A stretch of DNA of 64,000 nucleotides, from NCBI GenBank assembly GCA_021787845.1, contig JAJYLH010000002.1, positions 217,073 to 281,072 of the forward strand, read 5' to 3'. Position 1 is the first letter of the stretch, and every line of letters begins with the position of its first letter. The stretch comes from Myxococcales bacterium (GTDB lineage Bacteria > Myxococcota > Myxococcia > Myxococcales > JAJYLH01). Below, in pieces: positions 28,237-38,771 of the stretch. The position numbers and the translations under genes were made by a program. The notes under the pieces were generated by a model. That model was given only the letters and a program-made list of their open reading frames with translations, was not told the DNA's origin and did no database searches.

Positions 28237-29799
28237 CTAATCCTCCCGGCCTTCGAGGATTTCCAGGAACGGGTTGAAGTAGTCGTCCGCGCGCTGGACG
28301 ACACCGCTCAAGCCCTTCCCACCCGTCTCGGTTCGCGCCACGTCCCCGAAACGCGCCCGGCCGATGGCCGCCACCATCCCGTCGCGCGCCGTCTCTTCCA
28401 GCAGAGCGAGAGCCCTGTCGAACACCTCGCGCTGGCGCCGGGCGACGATGCCCTCCGGCTTGAACGTCAGGTCGCTCCCCAGGTGCCGTGCCGCCCGGTA
28501 GACGTAGCTCGCGCTCTTGAGCGCCGCGTGCCGGTCCTGCAAGAACGGCGTGTGCAGCGCCTCGGTCATCATCCCGAGGAGCTGGATGCCCTGCCCCGTC
28601 GTGATCGCGACCAGGTCCGCCATCGCGTCGTAGACGTGCGCGAAGAAGATGTCGCCGTTCTTGTGCTTCGTCGGCGGCATGTACTTCACCGGCGACTTCG
28701 GATGCAGCTCCCGAACCATCATCGCCAGCGCCAGCTCGCGCAGGAGCGTGTCCTCGCGGTCCGGATCGATCTCGAAGGAGTGGCCGAAGCCGATGCGCTC
28801 GTCCTTCATCCCCGCCCGATGGGCGAAGGCCTCGTTGATGAGCTGGCTCGCGACGACCGTGTGCGCCGCCTCGTCCGCGTCGGCGGTGGTGATGTAGTTG
28901 TCCTCGCCGGTGTTGATGGTGATGTCCGCATAGGCGCAGATCCGTCGGGAAAAGTACTGGTCGCAGAGGGTGCGCCAGAGGTTGATGTCGCGAAACAGGA
29001 TGCCGTACATGGCATCGTTCAGGAGCATGTCGAGCCGCTCGGCGGCCCCCATGTAGGCGATTTCCGGCATGCATAGGCCGCTCGAGTAGTTCGTCAGGTG
29101 GACGTAGCGTCCGAGCCGGCGGCTCGTCTCGTCCAGCGCCTCCCGCATCAGGCGGAAGTTCTCCTGCGTCGCGAAGGTCCCGCCGAAACCCTCGGTGGTC
29201 GCGCCCTGCGGGACGTAGTCGAGCAACGATTGCGCGGTCGAGCGGATCACCGCCACCACGTCGGCACCCTGCTCCGCTGCCGCTCTCGCCTGGTCGATGT
29301 CGTCGAAGATGTTCCCGGTGGCGACGATGACGTACCGGAGCGGCGCCCCCTCGAACGCGCCCACCTGGAGCCCTGCCTTGAAGGCGTTGCGCTCCCGGAC
29401 CCTCCTCTTCAGCTCGCCCGCCGCCGCCCGCGCCTCGCGCCTCATCTGGTCCCGGAGCGCCCGCTCCTCCGCCATCGAAAGGGGCGAGAGCGCTCCCGGC
29501 TGGCCGAGCAGCCGCTCGACGGCCTTGACGGGATCGCTCCCGCCATCCTTGAGCGCTCTCCCCAACCAGTAGACCGCGCCCTTCCCGAGCACGTTCGCCT
29601 GCTGCAGCCGGTCGACCACCAGATTGGCGACCGGCGCCCCGGTCGACCCGGTGCCAGCGACGCCGAACAACCTCAGGGCCGTCCGCTCGATGGAGACCGT
29701 GGTGTGCCGGTCGATACGCGCCTGCACCTGGTCGGCGATGCGCCCCGCCAGGTCGCGCGCGCGTCCCACCTTGGCCGGGTCGACGAAGAGCTGCGCCAT
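28237..29799 (-). CDS. kamD: Lysine 5,6-aminomutase alpha subunit (D-lysine/beta-lysine 5,6-aminomutase large subunit)
   Basis: 520 aa from the internal start MAQLFVDPAKV; the ATG complement is at 29797-29799. Size and TIM-barrel-type sequence are consistent with KamD. The first roughly 470 codons of track ORF 28237..31221 are non-coding extension. Confidence 0.75.
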   Translation of the reverse strand: MAQLFVDPAKVGRARDLAGRIADQVQARIDRHTTVSIERTALRLFGVAGTGSTGAPVANLVVDRLQQANVLGKGAVYWLGRALKDGGSDPVKAVERLLGQPGALSPLSMAEERALRDQMRREARAAAGELKRRVRERNAFKAGLQVGAFEGAPLRYVIVATGNIFDDIDQARAAAEQGADVVAVIRSTAQSLLDYVPQGATTEGFGGTFATQENFRLMREALDETSRRLGRYVHLTNYSSGLCMPEIAYMGAAERLDMLLNDAMYGILFRDINLWRTLCDQYFSRRICAYADITINTGEDNYITTADADEAAHTVVASQLINEAFAHRAGMKDERIGFGHSFEIDPDREDTLLRELALAMMVRELHPKSPVKYMPPTKHKNGDIFFAHVYDAMADLVAITTGQGIQLLGMMTEALHTPFLQDRHAALKSASYVYRAARHLGSDLTFKPEGIVARRQREVFDRALALLEETARDGMVAAIGRARFGDVARTETGGKGLSGVVQRADDYFNPFLEILEGRED

Positions 29800-29916
29800 G
29801 CGACCTCCGCCGCGTTCCTTCCCGCGGGTGCCGACACCTAGCGCCTCGCGGTCGGACGCGCAATTTCCGGGAAGGCCGCGATGCGCGCGAAAGCTCCCGT
29901 GCGCTAGCATCGCGCC

Positions 29917-30858
29917 GTGCGGGCTTCGCTCGTCCTGACTGCGCTCGCCGTCGCGGCGTGCCCTGCCTCCCCGCGCGTTGCTCCGCCGCCCGAGCTCGCG
30001 GCGGTCGTCGAGACCCGCGCCGGCCTCGCTCTGTGGCGCGGGCGCGAAGGCTCGTTTCGCCCGGTCGCGACGCTGCCGAGAGACGCACGGGCGTTGCGCT
30101 TCGCTCCCGACGGGCGTGACCTCGCCTTCGTCGAAGACGATCCGCCGCGGATGCGAGTCGACGCGTTGGTCGGCGGTGCGCTGCGGATCGTCGCGCCCGA
30201 CGCACCGTTTCGCCGTCTCCAGGCGTTCGGGCTCGCGATCGACGATCGCGGTCGAACGTGGATTCTCGGCCCGACCGGGGAAGACCGCGAGGTCGTCGCG
30301 AGCCCGTCGGGGGCAACGCTGAGCGTCGCCGCTTCCGACTGCCTCGTGTCGGTGCCGAGCGCCTTGCCGGACGTTTGCGGCGCGGCGCTTCGGCCTCTCG
30401 CCCTCGCGGGTCGCCTCGCGCTCGCCCGCACCAACGCTGCCCTCCTCCTCCTGCACAATCGGAGTACGGAATCGCTGCCGATGACCGGCATCGTTTCCGC
30501 TGCCTTCGGCCCCCGCGACCAGGTCCTGGTGCTTCGCCGCGCCAACGACGGCCCTCAGGTGGAAGACGAGGTCGTTCTCGTCTCGCCTTGGCCGCGCCGA
30601 CGCGTGCTCCTGCGCGCGCCGCTCGTCGTGTCCGTCTCGTGGGATGCCGGCGGCAACGTCCTCGCCGTTCGCCGGACGCTCCCGGTGAGCCTCGTCGCGT
30701 CCTTGCTCGCCCACGCGCCGGACGAATTCGGCGGCGAAGCCATCGGCGGCGAGGCCGTGCACATTCAGCTCCCGACAGGCACGGTTTCCCCCGTACACGG
30801 CTTGGAAAGACAGACGGTCCGAGCGCTCGCGGGCATCTTGCCGAATTCGGGGCACTGA
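29917..30858 (+). CDS. Lipoprotein of unknown function (313 aa)
   Basis: MRASLVLTALAVAACPASP with a lipobox VAAC. Codon bias is consistent with coding. Confidence 0.5.
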   Translation: MRASLVLTALAVAACPASPRVAPPPELAAVVETRAGLALWRGREGSFRPVATLPRDARALRFAPDGRDLAFVEDDPPRMRVDALVGGALRIVAPDAPFRRLQAFGLAIDDRGRTWILGPTGEDREVVASPSGATLSVAASDCLVSVPSALPDVCGAALRPLALAGRLALARTNAALLLLHNRSTESLPMTGIVSAAFGPRDQVLVLRRANDGPQVEDEVVLVSPWPRRRVLLRAPLVVSVSWDAGGNVLAVRRTLPVSLVASLLAHAPDEFGGEAIGGEAVHIQLPTGTVSPVHGLERQTVRALAGILPNSGH

Positions 30859-30925
30859 CGCATCTAACGCATTCGAAAGTGGTGCCCGCCGACTCCTGTG
30901 CGGGCCAGACGGAGGCCCCTCCCCG

Positions 30926-33900
30926 ATGCGTCGGATCACCCTCGCGATCGCCCTCGTCTTCGTCGGCGCCTGCTCGCACGAGCTGACCGGCCCCCAGCCG
31001 AGCCTCGAGGCGGCTTCGCCCGCGCTCGTCTGCGACGAGCAGCTCACCACCGCCGTGACGCTCTCCGGCTCCGGTCTCGCCCCCTTGGTGACCAACGGGC
31101 TGACGCCGGAGCCCGAGCTCGACCTGCCGCGGGTGACGCTCCAGCGGACGGAGGACCTCGACGGAAAGGCGGTCACTTCGACACCGGTGCCAGTGCCCGA
31201 CGATCCGACCGACCCGGCCAAGAGCCAGGTGCGCTGGTCGAGCGCCTCGTCGATGACCGTGACGGTGAGCCCGGCGCTCCAGCTCGACCCGGGCCTCTAC
31301 GACATCGAGGTGACGAACCGCTCCGGCCAGAGCACGACCGCGACCGGCGCGCTCCTCGCCGTTCCGCGGCCGCGGATTTCCAAGATCGTGCCACCCGCGA
31401 TGTGCACCGCGGCCGGCGGCGAGCTCGCCATCGAGGGCGACTTCTTCTTGACGCAGGGCGGTAGCGCTCCTGAAGTCACCATCGGGGGTCAGACCTTCAC
31501 CGCGCGCGCCGACGGCTGCCGGAAGCTTCCGGGGTCGACCGGCGCCGAGGCATGCACCAAGCTCTTCGTCGAGGTGCCGACGAACATCCTCTCCGCGGGA
31601 CCGGCGGAGGTGACGGTGAAGAACCCGGCGCCGGCCGCGTGCCAGAGCACCGACCAGCAGACGCTTGCGATGGTCCCGCCGCCGACCATTACCTCGGTCC
31701 AGCCCTCCGAGCTCTGCGAGAGCGGTGGCGCTCTCACCCTGGAGGGCACGAATTTCCGGCCGGGCTCCACGGTGGAGGTCGGGACCGCTGCCACTCAGTC
31801 CGTGGTCCTCGCTTCGTCGAGCGAGCTGACCGCGACCTTTGCGGGAGGGCTCCCGGTCGGCGGGCCATACGACGTCTCGGTCCAGACCCCCGAGCAGTGC
31901 CACGCGACCCTCGCCGGCCAGGTGACCGTGGTCGCCGCGCCGATGCTGTTCTTCGTCGACCCGCCGGTCGCCTACAACGGCATCGCCATCCAGCTCACCG
32001 CCTACGGCAGCACGCTGTCGGCGAACGTCACGGGCATCTCCCTCGTGCCGGCGAGCGGCAGCGCTCTCGCCCTCACCTTCCACCAGGACCCCAGCCACCC
32101 GGGGCGACTGCTGCTCGACCTGCCGGCGGGGGTGACGCCCGGCACGTACACGCTCACCCTGCAAGACGACCAGGGCTGCACCGCGAGCCTGCCGAACGCG
32201 CTCGAGGTGGTGTCGCAGACGACGCTCTCCATCAGCTCGGTGACCCCGTCGTTCGGCTGGACGGGGGCCTCGACCGGCATCGAGGTGCGGGCGGACGCCA
32301 GCGTCGGCGGCGGGTTCCAGTCGCTGCCGCGGCTCTACCTGACCCCATCGGGTGGCGGCAGCGCTACCGCCCGGGCGCTGGAATCGGAGTCGTTCCTCGA
32401 CCCCTCGCGCCTGACGGCAGTGGTGCCGGAGGGCTTGGCGGTCGGCGCGTACGATCTGATCGCCGTGAACCCCGATGGTGGGGTCGCGGTCGCGCACCAG
32501 GCATTCACGGTCACCGCCGATCCGCCGCCGGCCATCGCCTCGCTCACCCCCGGCTCGGTGCCCAACAGCGGAACCGAGGACCTCACGATCAGCGGCACGA
32601 ACTTCGCGACGCCCACGGTGACGCTCACCTGCACCGATCCGAGCGGCCAAGTGACGACGCCGACCGTCACTCTGGGCTCGAGCACTACGACTTCGATCGC
32701 CGCGAGCTTCGACGCGAGCCCCTACAGTAGCGGTGCCGCTTGCCTCGTCCGGGTGACCGACGGCGTCGCCGGCTCGCCCTACGGCGAGTTCGGCTCGCTC
32801 GTCATCACCAACCCGGCGCAGAACCTCGGGTCGCCCAGCGCCGGACAGGCGCTCGCCACGCCCCGGCGGGCGCTGGGCCTCGTCGAGGTGCAGACCAGCG
32901 CTGCCGCCCGGTACCTGGTGGCGGTCGGCGGCGCCGCGGATGACGGCAGCGGTCTCGCCTCCTTGGAGAGCACCCCCCTCGACATCGCCGGCGTTCAGGC
33001 CGGCTGGTCGACCCAGCGCCACGAGATGAGCACGGCCCGCGCGTTCGTCGGCGCGGCGAGCATCGGGCGGTTCGTCTACGCCATCGGCGGCGCGACCAGC
33101 GCGACCGGGCCGGCCGTCGCGACCGTCGAGCGGGCGGCGGTGCTCGACCCGGCATTCCATCCGGACATCACCGACCTCGACATCACGGTCGCGAGCCCAG
33201 GGGCAGGGCTAGCGCCCGGCGTCTGGTACTACCGGGTCTCGGCGGTGATGCCCAACGACGACCCGTTCAATCCCGGCGGGGAGGCGCTGGCGTCCGAACG
33301 CTTCCCGCTCTCCCTGCCGACGCTGACCCCCGCGCGGGCGTTCGTACCGACCATCACCTGGAGCCGGCTACCAGGAGCGGTGTCGTACCGCATCTACCGC
33401 AGCCCCACCGCGAACGCGCCCGCCGGCCAGGAACAGCTCGTGAGCACGGTCGACGCGAGCGAGCCGACGCGCTTCGAAGACACCGGCGGCGCCACCTCGA
33501 GCGACGCCCCGCTGCCGCTCGGCTCGCTCGGCACCTGGAGCGCAGTCCCGTCACTTTCCGTCGCGCGCAAGGGCATGGCGATCGCGGTGGCGGCCGATCC
33601 GAGCGTCGCCGGCCGCTTCTGGCTCTACGCTCTCGGGGGGCAGGACGGGTCCGGCTCGGCGCTGGCGAGCTACGAGCGGCTGCAGGTCGACGTGGCCCCG
33701 GACGGGTCGCAGACGACCGGCAGTTGGATTCTCGGACTCACCTCGCTCTCGGCCGCGCGCTGGCAGCTCGGCGCCTGGGTCGGGACCCACGGCACCTCGT
33801 CGCGCATCCCGGCGGGCACCACCTACGTCTGGGCAGGGGCAGGGCTCTCGGATAGCGGCGCGAGCGTCCGATACGTCGACGCGGCGCCGCAGCTTCCCGA

Positions 33901-34231
33901 CGGCTCGCTGGGTCCGTTCCAGGCGGTCAAGCAGATGGGCGGGCGGGCCGGCTACGGCGCGGCGCTCGCGGGCAACTTCCTCTACGCGTTCGCCGGCGGT
34001 GGCGGCACGGACACCTCGGTCAGTCAGGCGGAGATGTGCGCGCCCGGCATCGGCGGCTGCCAGACGACTCCGGCCCCGCCGGACCTCGTCAACTGGAACA
34101 ACGCGACCTCTCTCTTCCGGCCGCGGACCCTGGCCGGATGCGCGCTCGAGGGCGCGACGATCTATCTCGTCGGCGGCGTCGGCGAGTCCGGCAGCGGCAG
34201 CACCGGAACGACGGAGCAGCTCACATGGTGA
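30926..34231 (+). CDS. Large surface lipoprotein (1101 aa) with multiple IPT/TIG Ig-like repeats and a C-terminal Kelch/beta-propeller-like region
   Basis: MRRITLAIALVFVGACSHE with a lipobox. Repeated segments of the form ITSVQPSELCESGGALTLEGTNFRPGSTVEVG or IASLTPGSVPNSGTEDLTISGTNF are IPT-like. The C-terminus has repeated LYALGG, VYAIGG and IYLVGG Kelch-like blades. Confidence 0.7.
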   Translation: MRRITLAIALVFVGACSHELTGPQPSLEAASPALVCDEQLTTAVTLSGSGLAPLVTNGLTPEPELDLPRVTLQRTEDLDGKAVTSTPVPVPDDPTDPAKSQVRWSSASSMTVTVSPALQLDPGLYDIEVTNRSGQSTTATGALLAVPRPRISKIVPPAMCTAAGGELAIEGDFFLTQGGSAPEVTIGGQTFTARADGCRKLPGSTGAEACTKLFVEVPTNILSAGPAEVTVKNPAPAACQSTDQQTLAMVPPPTITSVQPSELCESGGALTLEGTNFRPGSTVEVGTAATQSVVLASSSELTATFAGGLPVGGPYDVSVQTPEQCHATLAGQVTVVAAPMLFFVDPPVAYNGIAIQLTAYGSTLSANVTGISLVPASGSALALTFHQDPSHPGRLLLDLPAGVTPGTYTLTLQDDQGCTASLPNALEVVSQTTLSISSVTPSFGWTGASTGIEVRADASVGGGFQSLPRLYLTPSGGGSATARALESESFLDPSRLTAVVPEGLAVGAYDLIAVNPDGGVAVAHQAFTVTADPPPAIASLTPGSVPNSGTEDLTISGTNFATPTVTLTCTDPSGQVTTPTVTLGSSTTTSIAASFDASPYSSGAACLVRVTDGVAGSPYGEFGSLVITNPAQNLGSPSAGQALATPRRALGLVEVQTSAAARYLVAVGGAADDGSGLASLESTPLDIAGVQAGWSTQRHEMSTARAFVGAASIGRFVYAIGGATSATGPAVATVERAAVLDPAFHPDITDLDITVASPGAGLAPGVWYYRVSAVMPNDDPFNPGGEALASERFPLSLPTLTPARAFVPTITWSRLPGAVSYRIYRSPTANAPAGQEQLVSTVDASEPTRFEDTGGATSSDAPLPLGSLGTWSAVPSLSVARKGMAIAVAADPSVAGRFWLYALGGQDGSGSALASYERLQVDVAPDGSQTTGSWILGLTSLSAARWQLGAWVGTHGTSSRIPAGTTYVWAGAGLSDSGASVRYVDAAPQLPDGSLGPFQAVKQMGGRAGYGAALAGNFLYAFAGGGGTDTSVSQAEMCAPGIGGCQTTPAPPDLVNWNNATSLFRPRTLAGCALEGATIYLVGGVGESGSGSTGTTEQLTW

Positions 34232-34914
34232 CCCCTCGGATGTCGATTCTCCTGCTCGGGCTGGCGCTTGCGATGCCAGCGGCAGCGCTCAAGCCCAGCT
34301 TGTCGGCCGCATCGGACCGACCCTTCGCCCTGCCGCCGCCGCCGATTCCCGCCGCCGAGGATCCCACGCCGAAGGCGATCGTCGGCCTCGCGGTGCAGGG
34401 CCTGCTTCCCGAGCCGTTCAGCCGCCTGGGCGCGGCGCCCGCCTTCGAGCTGACCGGCGCCGCGTTCCTCCCCGCGCTCGATCATCGGCTCGCGCTCTCG
34501 GTCGACGCCGGCTACACGCAGCTTTCGACGACCGAGACCCTGGCCGACTCGCGGGTGGCGGGCGGCCGCGTCACCAACACGCTGACCGAGAGCGATCTGC
34601 GGATCGGCCTCGGACTCCAATTCCATTTCCTGAACCCCACGGCAACGCTCTCGCCCTACGCCGGCGCTCGCCTCCGGCTGCACTTCCTGAGCGGCACCGC
34701 TGCCGGTCGGGCGGGCAACGAAGCCTTCGGGAATTCGCGCGAGCAAGGGATGTCGTTCGGCGGCGCGCCCTACGCTGGGCTGCTCTACCGGCTGGGGCCC
34801 GGCCGCCTTTTCGCTGAGCTCGAGGTCGACCTCGCGCCGATCGATCACGCGATCACCGGGGCGGCGAACCTGTCGTCGATCTCGATCGCCGCCGGGTACG
34901 TCGTCGCCTTCTGA
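34225..34914 (+). CDS. Putative outer-membrane beta-barrel protein (229 aa)
   Basis: The start ATG overlaps the upstream stop as ATGGTGA. Signal peptide MSILLLGLALAMPAAA. Alternating hydrophobic beta-strand pattern, with a C-terminal aromatic residue in AGYVVAF. Confidence 0.5.
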   Translation: MVTPRMSILLLGLALAMPAAALKPSLSAASDRPFALPPPPIPAAEDPTPKAIVGLAVQGLLPEPFSRLGAAPAFELTGAAFLPALDHRLALSVDAGYTQLSTTETLADSRVAGGRVTNTLTESDLRIGLGLQFHFLNPTATLSPYAGARLRLHFLSGTAAGRAGNEAFGNSREQGMSFGGAPYAGLLYRLGPGRLFAELEVDLAPIDHAITGAANLSSISIAAGYVVAF

Positions 34915-35095
34915 TGCCCCGAGCGGGGGATGGATGGCGCCTCCCGCCCGTTCTTCGATGCCGGTCGACCAAGCCGTCCGTCGTTCTCCAGAGGAGACGT
35001 CGGCCTGCCACGATGAGCAGGCGACGTCTGGATCGATTCCTGCGGGCTCGAGCCTGAATGAAGCCACCTGCTCTTCACGAAACGAGCGCAGGCGC

Positions 35096-36163
35096 TCACG
35101 CGATGGTCACCTCGGGGCAGAGGTAGACGTCCTGAATCAGGTTCAGGAGCTTGACGCCCTCCGCCATCGGCCGCTGGAACGCCTTGCGCCCAGTGATGAG
35201 GCCCATCCCGCCGGCGCGCTTGTTGATGACCGCCGTGCGCACCGCGTCCGCGAAGTCGTTCTGGCCCGACGCGCCGCCCGAGTTGATGAGCCCGCAGCGG
35301 CCCGCGAAGGAGTTGAGCACCTGGTAGCGCGTCCAATCGATCGGGTGGTCCGTCATCAGCTCGGTGTAGATGCGCTGGTCGATCTTCCCGTAGCTCGACT
35401 CGACGTTGAGGGCAGCGAAACCGCCGTTGTTCTCCGGCAGCTTCTGCTTGATGATGTCCGCCTCCAGCGTGACGCCGAGATGGTTGGCCTGCGCGGTCAG
35501 GTCGGCGCTGACGTGGTAGTCCTTCTCGCGCTTGAAGGCGTTGTTGCGCAGGTAGCACCAGAGCACGGTGGCCATCCCCAGCTCGTGGGCGCGGGCGAAG
35601 GCGAGGCTCACTTCCTGAATCTGCCGGGTCGACTGGTCGCTGCCGAAGTAGATCGTCGCGCCGACCGCTACCGCTCCTAAGCTCCATGCCTCCTCGACCT
35701 TGCCGAAGAGGACCTGGTCGAACTTGTTCGGGTAGGTCAGAAGCTCGTTGTGGTTCACCTTGACGACGAAGGGAATGCGGTGGGCCCACTGGCGCGAGGC
35801 CATCCCGAGAACGCCGATGGTCGAGGCGACCGCGTTGCACCCGCCCTCGACGGCGAGCTCCACGATTTTCACCGGGTCGAAGTAGAGCGGGTTCTTTGCG
35901 AAGCTCGCCCCGGCGGAGTGCTCGATGCCCTGGTCGACCGGGAGGATGGAGACGTAGCCGCTGCCGGAGAGCCGGCCGTGATCGAACATCGCCTGGAGGC
36001 TGCGCAGGGTCTGTGGGTTGCGGTCCGACTGCGCGAAGACGCGGCTCACCGAGTCCGGTCCCGGTAGGCTCAACAGGTCGCGGGGCACCTTCGCCTGGTA
36101 GGCGAGAAGGCTCTCGGCCTCCGAGCCGAGCGCCGTCTGGATGTCGCGGTAGGTGGTGGTCAT
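35096..36163 (-). CDS. fbaB: Fructose-bisphosphate aldolase class I (FbaB/DhnA-type)
   Basis: 355 aa. [29 protein letters not shown]...[10 protein letters not shown]...VVKVNHNE is typical of class I FbaB-type aldolases. Confidence 0.85.
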   Translation of the reverse strand: MTTTYRDIQTALGSEAESLLAYQAKVPRDLLSLPGPDSVSRVFAQSDRNPQTLRSLQAMFDHGRLSGSGYVSILPVDQGIEHSAGASFAKNPLYFDPVKIVELAVEGGCNAVASTIGVLGMASRQWAHRIPFVVKVNHNELLTYPNKFDQVLFGKVEEAWSLGAVAVGATIYFGSDQSTRQIQEVSLAFARAHELGMATVLWCYLRNNAFKREKDYHVSADLTAQANHLGVTLEADIIKQKLPENNGGFAALNVESSYGKIDQRIYTELMTDHPIDWTRYQVLNSFAGRCGLINSGGASGQNDFADAVRTAVINKRAGGMGLITGRKAFQRPMAEGVKLLNLIQDVYLCPEVTIA

Positions 36164-36281
36164 CGGAAGTCACTCCTCGCGGATGAAGTCGTCGTTCGAG
36201 CCGCGCAATCTAGCCACCTCGCGCGCGCGAGTCATCCAGGTCGAGCCGGAAATGCGCCAGCCGGTGTACGTTTTGCCGATG

Positions 36282-38771
36282 TCGCGCGGCAGCCTGTTCC
36301 TGGTCGGCACGTTCACCCTCGCGCTCGCCTGCGGGCCGAGCGGGCCGCGACCGGTGACGCTCGCCTCGGGCGGCGCGTCGATCGTGGTCTCGGCCGACCG
36401 GAAGACCGTCACGTTCGAACGAGGGTCGACGACGCTCCTGACGTTTCCGCTCGACGCCTTCGAGCTCGGCACGGTCGGCGCGCTCGACCTCAAGAACCTG
36501 AGCTACGACCCGTATTGGCTCGAGGTTTCTTCGCCCATCGGGCCGCCGGCGGACTTGCAGTGGCGAACCCCGACCGCTCTCGCCATCCAGCAGCACAGCA
36601 GCACCTCGATGACGCTGCTGCTCAGCTACGCGGGCGCGACGGCGACGCTGACCTTGACGGCGGCGGCGCCGAACCGGTTCGTGGCGAAGCTCGTGCCCCA
36701 GGTGACCGACGGCCAGAGCATCGCCTGGGCGCGGCTGAGACCGCGGGCGGGCCAGACCGAGGCGTTCTACGGCCTGGGCGAGTGGGGCGACACGCTCGAC
36801 CAGCGCGGCAAGCTGCGGCCGATGCAGATGGAGGCGGACCTGTCGTACGAGAGCGGGGACACCGAGAACCACGCGCCGATTCCGCTGCTCATCGGCACCC
36901 GCGGCTGGGGGCTGTTCGTCCAGTCGAGCGAGCCCGGGGTCTTCGACGTCGCGCGCGAAGCGCCGGACCTCATCCAGGCGACGTTCGCGGACGTGGAGCA
37001 GCCCCAGGACGGCTTGACGTTCCACCTCTTCTCGGCAGCGGAGCCGCTCGACGTGACCAAGCTCTACTACGACGTGACGGGCTACCCGCTCCTGCCGGCG
37101 ACCTGGGCGCTGGGACCGTGGATCTGGCGCGACGAGGACAAGGACCAGGCGCAGGTGCTCGACGACGTGAAGGAGATTCGCGACCTGGACCTCGCGACGA
37201 GCGCGATCTGGATCGACCGGCCGTACGCGAGCCACGTCAACTCGTTCGACTTCGACCCGGCGAAGTTCACCGACCCCGACGCGATGATCGCGGCGATTCA
37301 CGCGGCCGGCCTGCGGCTCGCGCTCTGGAGCTCGCCGTACGAGGAGACCGCTTCCGCCGAGCTGCACCAGGAAGCTGTCCAGAACGGCTACTATCCACCA
37401 ACGGTCGGCATCCTCCTCAACAAGGGCTGGGGCGACCCCATCGACTTCACGAACCCCGCGGCCTACGCCTGGTGGCAGTCGCTCATCCGCCGGTACACCG
37501 GCCGCGGCATCGAGGGGTTCAAGCTCGACTACGGGGAGGACGTGACGGTCGGCATCGGCGGCGGGCGCGACAAGTGGGTCTTCCACGATGGCTCGGACGA
37601 GCGAACGATGCACCGCGGCTATCAATTGCTCTATCACAAGGTCTATGCCGAGATGCTCCCCAAGAGCGGTGGTTTTCTCCTGTGCCGGACCGGGCGCTGG
37701 GGCGGGCAGGCGAACGTGTCGGTGATTTGGCCCGGGGACCTCGATGCGAACTTCGCGCACAAGGGCGACCTCCGGCCGGACGGGAAGAAGTACGTCGGTG
37801 GGCTCCCGGCGAGCGTGATTCTCGGTCTGGGGCTGGGCGTCAGCGGCTTTCCGTTCTACGCCTCGGACACCGGCGGCTACCAGCACAGCCCGCCGGACGC
37901 CGAGACCTACACCCGCTGGTTCGAGCAGACCGCGCTGTCGACGGTGATGGAGATCGGCGACGCCTCGAGCGAGCCGGTGTGGGTGTTCACGAACCCCGAT
38001 GGCACGCCCAATGGCCGCGACGAGGCGACCGTCGACGCCTACCGCCAATTCGTGCGCCTGCACCTGCGGCTGTTCCCGTACGAGTGGACGTATGCGCAAG
38101 CGCTGAGCAGGACCGGTCGCGCCATCCTGCGGCCCATCGGCCTGGCGTATCCGCAGCTCGGGCAGAATCCCGACGACGAGTACCTCTTCGGCGACGACTT
38201 GTTGGTCGCACCGGTGGTCGTGCAAGGGGCGACGACGAAGAGCGTCCTCTTTCCGCCGGGTACCTGGATCGACTGGTTCGATGGCAGTGCGCATGCCGGC
38301 GGGCAACGGGAGACGGTAGCGGCGCCGCTCGACACACTGCCGCTCTACCTGCGCGCGGGCGCGATCGTCCCGCTCCTGAGGCCGACCATCGACACCTTGG
38401 CGCCGGCGACCGATGTGGACGTCGATTCCTACGCGAACGACGCGGGCCAGCTCTACGCGCGCATCGTGCCCGACGACACGGCGACGAGCTTCACGGTCTT
38501 CGACGGGACGCAGCTTTCCCAGTCGCGCTCGGCGAACGCGATCGATGTCGTCGTGAAGCCGGGAGCGACGTTCACGAAAGGCTTCGTCCTGGAGCTGTTA
38601 CGCACACCGGCGCCGCAGCAGGTGACCTTGAACGGTGCGCCCCTGCAGAAGCTCGATGACGAGGCGTCGTTCGCCGCGGCGGCGAGCGGCTACCGCGTCG
38701 ACGACGCGATGGGCGGCACGGTGTGGCTGAAGCTCCCACTGGGGGGCGGGAGCGTTGCCGTCGAGCGCTAG
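36282..38771 (+). CDS. Glycoside hydrolase family 31 (alpha-glucosidase/alpha-xylosidase-like) lipoprotein
   Basis: Start MSRGSLFLVGTFTLALACG, or MRQPV at 36255. GH31 hallmark regions are IWIDRPYA, GFKLDYGED and the catalytic-region WPGD. Confidence 0.85.
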   Translation, partial: SRGSLFLVGTFTLALACGPSGPRPVTLASGGASIVVSADRKTVTFERGSTTLLTFPLDAFELGTVGALDLKNLSYDPYWLEVSSPIGPPADLQWRTPTALAIQQHSSTSMTLLLSYAGATATLTLTAAAPNRFVAKLVPQVTDGQSIAWARLRPRAGQTEAFYGLGEWGDTLDQRGKLRPMQMEADLSYESGDTENHAPIPLLIGTRGWGLFVQSSEPGVFDVAREAPDLIQATFADVEQPQDGLTFHLFSAAEPLDVTKLYYDVTGYPLLPATWALGPWIWRDEDKDQAQVLDDVKEIRDLDLATSAIWIDRPYASHVNSFDFDPAKFTDPDAMIAAIHAAGLRLALWSSPYEETASAELHQEAVQNGYYPPTVGILLNKGWGDPIDFTNPAAYAWWQSLIRRYTGRGIEGFKLDYGEDVTVGIGGGRDKWVFHDGSDERTMHRGYQLLYHKVYAEMLPKSGGFLLCRTGRWGGQANVSVIWPGDLDANFAHKGDLRPDGKKYVGGLPASVILGLGLGVSGFPFYASDTGGYQHSPPDAETYTRWFEQTALSTVMEIGDASSEPVWVFTNPDGTPNGRDEATVDAYRQFVRLHLRLFPYEWTYAQALSRTGRAILRPIGLAYPQLGQNPDDEYLFGDDLLVAPVVVQGATTKSVLFPPGTWIDWFDGSAHAGGQRETVAAPLDTLPLYLRAGAIVPLLRPTIDTLAPATDVDVDSYANDAGQLYARIVPDDTATSFTVFDGTQLSQSRSANAIDVVVKPGATFTKGFVLELLRTPAPQQVTLNGAPLQKLDDEASFAAAASGYRVDDAMGGTVWLKLPLGGGSVAVER

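Noticed and set aside
27845-33160. 1771-aa minus-strand ORF
   Set aside because: Antisense to kamE, kamD and the plus-strand lipoprotein genes. Extreme Arg/Gly/Pro content.
36210-38306. 698-aa minus-strand ORF and 714-aa plus-strand ORF 36515..38659
   Set aside because: Alternative frames of or antisense to the GH31 gene. Only the 36282..38771 frame carries GH31 motifs.
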